This document shows, piece after piece, positions 24,318 through 32,000 of a stretch of DNA of 32,000 bases (position 1 is its first letter; the number at the start of each line of letters is the position of its first letter). The notes under the pieces are model-generated. The model searched no databases, was not told the DNA's origin, and was given only the letters and a program-made list of their open reading frames with translations. Origin of the DNA: Candidatus Jordarchaeales archaeon (GTDB lineage Archaea > Asgardarchaeota > Jordiarchaeia > Jordiarchaeales > Freyrarchaeaceae); NCBI GenBank assembly GCA_038889235.1, contig JAWAHN010000002.1, forward strand, positions 254,356-286,355. Direction: 5' to 3'. A program made the position numbers and the translations under genes.

Positions 24318-24845
24318 CTACTCGTCACTTTTCCTCTTGTTAAGCTTTCTACCCCACTTATCCAGTCTAGGCCACGAACGCCAACCCGTCTTAGCAATTT
24401 TCAACCTTTCCTCAGGGTCTTCGTAAATCCATTTTAAGAGCTTAACAAACCTTTCCTTTCCTGCCTCCAAACCTAGAATTTCGCGCGGAACGCCTAAACT
24501 TACCAGATAATCGACGTACGCTTTCTCGACCAAGACTTGTAATGCCCCCTCAATCTTAACAGTTTCAACCTCAAACCTCTCTGCGAGCCTCCTCCTCGCA
24601 AGCTTAAAAATATCCCCTCTACAGATCTTAATAACTTCTCCCTCAACAACTCCTACTCGTTCAAAACACCGTAAAACAGCGTTAACAGCTTCTTCTAAAT
24701 ACCTCTTTTCTTTGAATAAGGGATTTTGGAAAAAGTGAACGGGGATCACATCCCAAACAAAGCAATTCTTCCTAACCTCTAGGACACCGACGACAACTCC
24801 TCCGACAGGATCGCCCACCCCGGCGTCGTCAACCATCACTACCAT
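24318..24845 (-). CDS. Uncharacterised RNase H-like fold protein (RNase HII-like first motif)
   Basis: Probable start ATG 24845. VMVDDAGVGDPVGGVVVGV parallels RNase HII IDEAGRGPVIGPMV; later motifs are ICRG, KIEGALQ and KTGW. Confidence 0.6.
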   Translation of the reverse strand: MVVMVDDAGVGDPVGGVVVGVLEVRKNCFVWDVIPVHFFQNPLFKEKRYLEEAVNAVLRCFERVGVVEGEVIKICRGDIFKLARRRLAERFEVETVKIEGALQVLVEKAYVDYLVSLGVPREILGLEAGKERFVKLLKWIYEDPEERLKIAKTGWRSWPRLDKWGRKLNKRKSDE

Positions 24846-24929
24846 TAAAAAGCCCACCGTTACAATTTGAAACAGTGTTTCTCGTATTTTACTGGTACGG
24901 AAACTTTTAAAGAATGACGTTCCAAATGA

Positions 24930-25976
<1,047 letters not shown>

Positions 25977-26077
25977 CCTAAAAAGATTCCGGAAGACTTA
26001 ATTTTCAAAAAATGTTCAAAACCAAACTCTTTTATCACTCCTCCTCCACTTTTCTTTTAGTAGGGGGTCAAGATAAA

Positions 26078-26569
26078 ATGAGCTTCCTACTCAGTCCAAG
26101 AGGGATCTTGAGCTTCATTATTGGCTTATTCTTCATGTTTGGAGTAGTGTACTTCGTAGCTCTCGGACACACTCTGGTGGACCTAAAAACAGTCCTCCTA
26201 GGCTTCCAGATCAGCCCATGGCTCGGGTGGAATATACTTTCCCCCACAATCAAGGCATCATTAGCGGACTACCTGATTAGACCTTACACGTTAGCTACAG
26301 CGACGCCTCCCGCTCAAACATACGTTCCAATAGCTGCTTTAGCTCTTGGAGGCTTCGTGATGGGTCTCATAAGAAAGCACCCGCTCAACGCGGCTATCAT
26401 AGGGTTCACATTAGCTATAGTAGTAATCATTGCATATGTTGTCTCCCTCATCTCTAACCCATACAACATAATACCTAGCATCCTAGGATTGTCACTAAAC
26501 GACATACTCCTCGTCTTCGTAATACCCTCTGCCACGGGATTCATTGGAAGTCTACTCACCGCCATCTAA
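26078..26569 (+). CDS. Small multi-pass membrane protein of unknown function
   Basis: Probable start ATG 26078; about 4 hydrophobic segments. Confidence 0.65.
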   Translation: MSFLLSPRGILSFIIGLFFMFGVVYFVALGHTLVDLKTVLLGFQISPWLGWNILSPTIKASLADYLIRPYTLATATPPAQTYVPIAALALGGFVMGLIRKHPLNAAIIGFTLAIVVIIAYVVSLISNPYNIIPSILGLSLNDILLVFVIPSATGFIGSLLTAI

Positions 26570-26824
26570 GAGAAGAAACTCTATTTCCCCCTCATTTTTT
26601 ATGTTTAGCAAAACTTCACTTTCTTTTTTCATAACTCTCGATCAAGCGAAAAGTGAAGGCAAGGTTTATGCCGTCGCAATGTCTGGTGCCATCCTTTCGT
26701 TATGAGAACTAAAAATTAGTTCAATGCTAATTTTAGCTTCCTCAGCTGCGCTTAAAACCATGACCTTTTTAAGGAAGAACTATCCCTCATTTGTTCAAAA
26801 CCATGAACGGGGAGGTTAGGAGTT

Positions 26825-27694
26825 GTGACGCTGAAGGACTTACTTGTTCTCGCGATAGTCTACCTTTACGTGTTTGCAGTGATAGGTGTCAGTGAAGGGT
26901 TGAGGAGGTGGAAGGGGTTAAGCTCGGAGTTCACGAGGAAAATGATACACTTCTTCGCTGGCGACGCCATAGTGTTCTGTCCCTTCTTCGATACCCCACA
27001 ATTGATTCCGCTGGTCCCGCTAACACTAGGTCTCCTTATCTTCTTCACAACTCCAAGAAGCCCCTTTAAAAGTCTTAGGACAATGTTTGAAGTTATGGCT
27101 AGGGAAGAAGACTATGCTTCGGGGCACATTTACGGCCCGTTCTACTACATTGTCTCCGTTGGAATAGTAGTAGCAGTTTTCGTCTTGCCCTTCGCCGCAG
27201 CATACTGGCCGCTCTTCACTTTAGGTGCTTTTGCTCTCTTCTCAATGTTCTACGGTGACGGACTGGCGGCAATAGTCGGCTCCAAGTGGGGGAGGCACAA
27301 GTATACGGTCAGGGGGAATACAAGAAGCGTCGAAGGCTCACTTACAGTATTCTTGATGTCAGTGGTTTCGGCAATTATAACCTTCACGTATTATTCGTAC
27401 TTTGGTTTCTGGCCTAGTCTAGGAATGCTACACAACAAGCTTTTGTTAGTCGCACTACTAGGTACGCCACTCGCCATCATGCCAGTCTTCATGTTTCAGT
27501 TAATGCCCCTGCACGCTGGCTTGATAGTGTTAGCGCTTGTAGGGTCCATCCTGGCTACACTCATAGAAGCACTCTCCCCCCGTGGACTAGACAATCTCAC
27601 GCTCCCCTTACTGCTAACCTCCACTCTCATCTTACTAGCGTACATCTTGACGCCGTGGTACTTCGCCACCATCCAAATGCTACCAACCATCTAG
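26825..27694 (+). CDS. CTP-dependent polyprenol/diacylglycerol kinase family (SEC59/DGK1/VTE5-like) membrane protein
   Basis: RKMIHFFAG, YGPFYY, YGDGLAAIVGSKWGRHKY, RSVEGS, DNLTLP; many TM segments. Confidence 0.88.
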   Translation: MTLKDLLVLAIVYLYVFAVIGVSEGLRRWKGLSSEFTRKMIHFFAGDAIVFCPFFDTPQLIPLVPLTLGLLIFFTTPRSPFKSLRTMFEVMAREEDYASGHIYGPFYYIVSVGIVVAVFVLPFAAAYWPLFTLGAFALFSMFYGDGLAAIVGSKWGRHKYTVRGNTRSVEGSLTVFLMSVVSAIITFTYYSYFGFWPSLGMLHNKLLLVALLGTPLAIMPVFMFQLMPLHAGLIVLALVGSILATLIEALSPRGLDNLTLPLLLTSTLILLAYILTPWYFATIQMLPTI

Positions 27695-28659
27695 GAGAAG
27701 TAAAACTCGTAATCCCTATCTCTCTCATCAACCCTGGGCTGCGTGATCCCAAGTCTCTCCTTTAACTCCCTATTTTCTCTTTTAAGGCTTTCAACTTGGT
27801 TTCTGAGCTCAAGCATAGTGTCCTCTATAGTTTTAACTGTACGCTCTATAGCTTTACTTCTCCACTCGTCTCTCTCCCTCACCAACTCCTGCAGTCTCTC
27901 CTCATACCTCTTGCGCGTCGCTTTAAGCGCCTCCAGGAGCCTCTCAACCCTCTGTTTCAAAGCGTTGTTCTCCTCCAAGAGACTTTGATAGGCTGAAGAC
28001 TCCGTCCCGCACCTCAACTTCTCGACTTGTCTCTTCAACTCCTCATTTTCTTTCCTTAACTCCTCAAGCTCCCTCAACAGGCTGGTCTGCCCCTCCTCAA
28101 TCGACTCCACAAAGAAATTCCTGCCTCCCTTCACCCTTTCAAGCTCTTCCCTCAACCTCCTGTTCTCATTCTCTAGGTTCTTCACCTTCTCCTTTAGCTC
28201 TAATATCTTGACTATCGGCAGTGGGTCACCTTCTTTTCGTTCTATTTGCTCGTCTCCACTTCTCCCTCTGCCACTACTTGAAAGAAACTCCACAAGCCTT
28301 CCTACAGAATCAGCTACTCGGCTAAGCTCTCCCCTGCTCACGTGTAGCGCTTTAGCAGCACTCAACTCACTCGACGACAGAATGTTATAGTACTCTGTAA
28401 CGTCACTAAGCGCTTCATCACTAAGCTTCTTGAGCACATCAGACGGTAACCCTTTGGCTTCTGCCTCACCACAAGCTTTCTTAATAGCGTTCAGCAACTT
28501 TTCCGTCTTAACTACTGCAAGCCTCCTGTGCTCAACAGCCCCCAGCTCGCCACTAAACGCCCGGTCTATGTTCGCCTCTTTAATAAGCCACTCAAGAGTC
28601 TCCTTAATCTCATAAACGTAATACTCGAGTTTTTCTCCACGCCCAGCACCTTCCATCAT
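27691..28659 (-). CDS. Coiled-coil protein of unknown function
   Basis: Probable start ATG 28659, 1 nt after the pyrK stop; the track's upstream extension overlaps pyrK. Four LxxENxxL(K/R) units in the C-terminal half. Confidence 0.7.
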   Translation of the reverse strand: MMEGAGRGEKLEYYVYEIKETLEWLIKEANIDRAFSGELGAVEHRRLAVVKTEKLLNAIKKACGEAEAKGLPSDVLKKLSDEALSDVTEYYNILSSSELSAAKALHVSRGELSRVADSVGRLVEFLSSSGRGRSGDEQIERKEGDPLPIVKILELKEKVKNLENENRRLREELERVKGGRNFFVESIEEGQTSLLRELEELRKENEELKRQVEKLRCGTESSAYQSLLEENNALKQRVERLLEALKATRKRYEERLQELVRERDEWRSKAIERTVKTIEDTMLELRNQVESLKRENRELKERLGITQPRVDERDRDYEFYFS

Positions 28660-28660
28660 C

Positions 28661-29470
28661 TCACTTTCCAATTCTCTCTCTACACCCACAAGCATCCCTC
28701 CTGAAAATCCCAAACTCGTCCAAAACCGTTCTGAGCATCTTTTCATCAAACACGGGTCCATCCCTACAGACAAGGTATTGCCCTATGCCACATGAGCCGC
28801 AGAGCCCAATGCCACACTTAACATACCTCTCCAAAGCAACCTGTACTCCAACTCCACACTCTTCAGCGGCCCTGAAAACCCTTAATAACATGCCTTCAGG
28901 GCCGCAAGCATAAACCTGGTCGTACCCCTCCTCCCTTATCGCTTTTTCAGCAAAGTCGCCCGCCATACCCTTAAGCCCAGCACTTCCATCTTCAGTTAAA
29001 ACGGTAACTTTGGACGCAAGCCTAGCCACTTTACTGACGAAAACAAGCTCCTCCTTGGTTTTAGCTCCAATCACAACATGTGTCTCGACACTATTTCTCG
29101 AGGCATCCTCCACGAGAGGAAAGAGAGGCGCCACTCCAACACCGCCGCCAACCACCAAGATTTTCTCCCCTTTTAACTCAAACCCCCTCCCCAAAGGCCC
29201 CCTAACTCCGAGTAGGTCGCCCCTCCTCAACTTGAAAAGCGCCCCAGTTGCCTCCCCAACCTTTCTAAAAGTTATCCCCAGCGGGCTTCTACTCGAAATA
29301 CTCATCGGCACTTCGTCGACTCCGGGAATCCACACCATGAGGAACTGCCCCGGCGCTGCCATCAGCATCTCTTCATCGAGAAGGATAGTTTTAACTGTTG
29401 GTGTTTCGGTGATGACTCCCTCAACACGTCTCACCCTAGGCCTCTGAACTTTACACGTGGGCAGCTCCAA
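28661..29470 (-). CDS. pyrK: Dihydroorotate dehydrogenase electron transfer subunit
   Basis: ETPTVKT, PGQFLMVWIPGVDEVPMSIS, GPLGRGF, VGGGVGVAPL, YACGPEGM, ERYVKCGIGLCGSC...VCRDGPVF (2Fe-2S). Start is uncertain (TTG 29470 or GTG 29434). Confidence 0.93.
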   Translation of the reverse strand: MELPTCKVQRPRVRRVEGVITETPTVKTILLDEEMLMAAPGQFLMVWIPGVDEVPMSISSRSPLGITFRKVGEATGALFKLRRGDLLGVRGPLGRGFELKGEKILVVGGGVGVAPLFPLVEDASRNSVETHVVIGAKTKEELVFVSKVARLASKVTVLTEDGSAGLKGMAGDFAEKAIREEGYDQVYACGPEGMLLRVFRAAEECGVGVQVALERYVKCGIGLCGSCGIGQYLVCRDGPVFDEKMLRTVLDEFGIFRRDACGCRERIGK

Positions 29471-30353
29471 CAGCCTCCTTAATATCTTTAAAACCCTTCC
29501 TTTCGAGATAGCTTTTAATCCCGTCAACCAGCTCCCTGAAAACGCTAAAACCCTTCACCAGTGCAGTTGCCACCTGGATCGCTGACGCGCCAGCTAGAAT
29601 GTGCTCTACGGCGTCTTCCCAGCTGAGTATCCCACCCACTCCTATAATAGGTATTTTTAAAGCTTCATAAAGCTCGTAGACACACCTTACCGCTATCGGC
29701 TTTATGGCAGCCCCTGACAAGCCTCCAAACCTGTTTGAAAGTACTGGGCGGCAAGCCTCTATGTCTATAACCATCGCTCTAACAGTGTTTATCGCGGTCA
29801 CAGCGTCCGCCCCAGCCTCCTCAGCAACCTTTCCAACCTCAACTATGCTTGTGACATTCGAGCTAAGCTTAACGAACACAGGTATTCCAACTTTCCTTTT
29901 CACGGCCTTCACTATCCGCGCGACGAGTTTAGGACTCCTCTCCAGAACACCAACCTCTGTGTGGGGACAAGAAACATTGATTTCCACGGCGTCCGCTCCA
30001 GCTTCCTCAGCTTTCCCGGCGATGGAAGCGCACTCTTTGGGGCTCTCCCCGAAAACGCTGACCACGACAGGAACCCCGCCTTTCTTGGCAAATTTTATCT
30101 CCTCGACGAACTCGTCTATCCCCGGGTTAGGCAAGCCCATGCAGTTCAAGTAACTTCCCGGCATCACTTCAACTATAGTCGGGTTAGGGTATCCCTCTCT
30201 CTTCTTAGATCCAACAGACTTTGTTACGACGGCCCCAGCTCCAGCTTCCGCCGCCCTCACCAAAAGCTTCCCAGTAGTTCCAATGACTCCAGAAGCGAGC
30301 ATAACCGGGTTCCTCATCTTCAACCCGCTCAGCTCCACTTCAAGTTTCACCAT
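29451..30353 (-). CDS. pyrD: Dihydroorotate dehydrogenase family 1B catalytic subunit
   Basis: NPVMLASG, AVVTKS, LNCMGLPNPG, EINVSCPH, PVFVKLS, AINT, GGLSGAAIKP, IIGVGGI; adjacent to pyrK. Confidence 0.96.
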   Translation of the reverse strand: MVKLEVELSGLKMRNPVMLASGVIGTTGKLLVRAAEAGAGAVVTKSVGSKKREGYPNPTIVEVMPGSYLNCMGLPNPGIDEFVEEIKFAKKGGVPVVVSVFGESPKECASIAGKAEEAGADAVEINVSCPHTEVGVLERSPKLVARIVKAVKRKVGIPVFVKLSSNVTSIVEVGKVAEEAGADAVTAINTVRAMVIDIEACRPVLSNRFGGLSGAAIKPIAVRCVYELYEALKIPIIGVGGILSWEDAVEHILAGASAIQVATALVKGFSVFRELVDGIKSYLERKGFKDIKEAVGAAHV

Positions 30354-30530
30354 GCTTACTCCTCATCCAGATTATGTTCGCCGTGTAGAGCAAAGGTTCA
30401 ACTGGAAGTTTATAAACTTCGTATTTTGAAAGTATTTTCACGGCGGGGTGCTCGAAGAACAATTCGCTTAAGGCTGAGGGAACCATTTAAAAGTCTCGAA
30501 CTTGGATTTAAGGTTAGAGGGGTTTTAACC

Positions 30531-31730
30531 TTGAATGTTTACCTTGTTAGTTGCATTTCGGGCGTTTTTGCGCTGGACGAGTCCGGGAATATATTGAGCT
30601 TTTCGCTCACACCAGCTAGAGACGAAGAAGTAGCAGAGCGTCTATATGCACTGCAGAAAGGCGAGCTGACTCCCGAACTGAAAGAAGTAGTTGAATCACT
30701 GGGTCAAGGGAACACGTATATAGTGGAGGACAGGCAAATCGGTGAAGCTCTAAAAAACAGCTTCAATGTCGAAGTGAAGGTTGAAAAGGGGAATGGCGTA
30801 GCACGCCTTTTCAGGTCCCGCATTCGCGAGTACCTCGAAAAGGTTGGATTTACTCCGTCGGAAGAAGAGATTAAAGAGTTGACGAAACGCGCATCGTTAA
30901 TATTGGCTCGTAGGAAAGTCAAGGAAGTCGGTAGCCGGAGGGATGAGCACCTAATACAGGCAGTGTACTGCCTTGACGATATAGAGGAAGTCTTAAATCT
31001 ATTCTCTATAAGAATCAGAGAATGGTACAGTCTAAACTTTCCAGAGCTTACCCGATTACTACAGTCTCACTTGTCATATGTACGAATAGTGGGCGAGCTT
31101 GGACCTAAAGAGGAAATAACGAGGGAGGATCTCTCAGAAAAACTAAACTTCCCGCCGGAAATCGTGGAAAACGTGATGGATGAAGTTTCTAGGTCTATGG
31201 GGGCTCCTATCTTAGAGGACGACTTCAAACCCTTAAGAGAGCTTGCCTCGATAACCCTAAACTTATTCGAGTTCAGGGACCTACTGAGAAACTACATTGC
31301 GAGCCTGATGCAGGAGATTGCACCCAACCTCACGGCTATCGTGGGACCCCTAGTAGGTGCCCGCTTAATATACCTCGCAGGTGGACTCGAAAAGCTAGCC
31401 CGCCTACCAGCGTCCAAGATACAAGTGCTAGGTGCGGAAAAAGCACTCTTCCGCAGCTTAACTATAGGTACACCGCCGCCTAAACACGGCGTCTTGTTCA
31501 GACATCCTGAAGTGAGCGGTTCTCCATGGTGGCAGAGGGGGAAGGTAGCGCGGGTTTTGGCGAACAAGGTTGCCATCGCTGCCCGTGCCGACGTATACAC
31601 CGGAAACTACATAGGCGATGAGTTACAAAAAGATTTAGAGAGAAAAATTGAAGAGATAAGGAGGAAGTTTGCTGCCCCTCCAGTCGAGAAACCTAAAACT
31701 CGCCCTAAGCCCGTGAAGAAGAGGAGGTAG
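30531..31730 (+). CDS. nop5: Box C/D sRNP core protein Nop5 (Nop56/58)
   Basis: Probable TTG start at 30531; the track's 190-codon upstream extension is mostly antisense to pyrD. APNLTAIVGPLVGARLI, LPASKIQVLGAEKALF, PKHGVLF, RGKVARVLANK, basic C-terminal tail. Confidence 0.95.
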   Translation: MNVYLVSCISGVFALDESGNILSFSLTPARDEEVAERLYALQKGELTPELKEVVESLGQGNTYIVEDRQIGEALKNSFNVEVKVEKGNGVARLFRSRIREYLEKVGFTPSEEEIKELTKRASLILARRKVKEVGSRRDEHLIQAVYCLDDIEEVLNLFSIRIREWYSLNFPELTRLLQSHLSYVRIVGELGPKEEITREDLSEKLNFPPEIVENVMDEVSRSMGAPILEDDFKPLRELASITLNLFEFRDLLRNYIASLMQEIAPNLTAIVGPLVGARLIYLAGGLEKLARLPASKIQVLGAEKALFRSLTIGTPPPKHGVLFRHPEVSGSPWWQRGKVARVLANKVAIAARADVYTGNYIGDELQKDLERKIEEIRRKFAAPPVEKPKTRPKPVKKRR

Positions 31731-31731
31731 A

Positions 31732-32000
31732 ATGTCTGAAAGGAAGCCACCTGTGGTAAAACCACACGACTATGAAGGAGTGTATTTAGTTATTTCTAAG
31801 GGTAAGAAGCGGCTTGCCACCAAGAACATATCCCCAGGGTTTAAGGTTTACGGAGAAGACTTGATCGAGTACAAGGGGGAAGAATACCGCATTTGGGATC
31901 CAAACAGGAGTAAGCTTGCAGCCGCCATACTGAAAGACCTCGAAATGCTACCAATAAGGCCGGGTGGCAGAGTCCTGTATCTTGGGGCTGCGACGGGAAC
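31732..32000 (+). CDS. flpA: Fibrillarin-like rRNA/tRNA 2'-O-methyltransferase, 5' part
   Basis: Not in the ORF track (no stop in the window). MSERKPPVVKPHDYEGVY...LATKNISPGFKVYGEDL...YRIWDPNRSKLAAAI...VLYLGAATG; starts 1 nt after the nop5 stop. Confidence 0.95.
   Translation, partial: MSERKPPVVKPHDYEGVYLVISKGKKRLATKNISPGFKVYGEDLIEYKGEEYRIWDPNRSKLAAAILKDLEMLPIRPGGRVLYLGAATG

Noticed and set aside
27691-27711. C-terminal EFYFS as a proteasome-activating HbYX motif
   Set aside because: The penultimate residue is Phe, not Tyr, so it does not fit HbYX.
28660-28773. Upstream extension of the coiled-coil ORF overlapping pyrK by more than 100 bp
   Set aside because: It is an alternative frame of the pyrK 3' end. 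An ATG lies 1 nt after the pyrK stop.
29961-30530. 190-codon N-terminal extension of the Nop5 ORF (589 aa in the track)
   Set aside because: It overlaps pyrD antisense and the divergent promoter gap. Nop5-like sequence starts at TTG 30531.

Overview
Archaeal chromosomal segment, roughly mid-40s % GC by eye. Evidence for Archaea: nop5-fibrillarin pair, BHB-type tRNA introns, SepCysS, TATA-like promoters and GGAGG/GGTGA ribosome-binding sites. An Asgard-like or other TACK-related thermophile is an inference only. No transposases, integrases or CRISPR arrays were seen. Highlights: (1) a tRNA-Cys(GCA) gene at 10432-10591 that parses into five exons and FOUR bulge-helix-bulge introns (16/17, 23/24, 37/38, 59/60), directly upstream of a SepCysE-like gene and pscS (tRNA-dependent cysteine synthesis); (2) an uncharacterised module: an amidohydrolase plus a CDC48-N-domain/vWA protein with no AAA domain, convergent with an operon ending in a GCS2 carboxylate-amine ligase fused to about six Ig-like domains; (3) 11 kb away, one 848-aa gene that is a fused, catalytically degenerate copy of the amidohydrolase + CDC48N-vWA pair. 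The rest is housekeeping or metabolic: htpX (partial), truncated TFS/RpoM paralogue, corrinoid protein, SPFH protein, aminotransferase, AsnB-like protein, alkaline-phosphatase-family/GT2/PHP operon, type I GAPDH, prenol kinase, pyrD-pyrK, nop5 and fibrillarin (partial). All assignments come from manual motif reading; no database searches were run.
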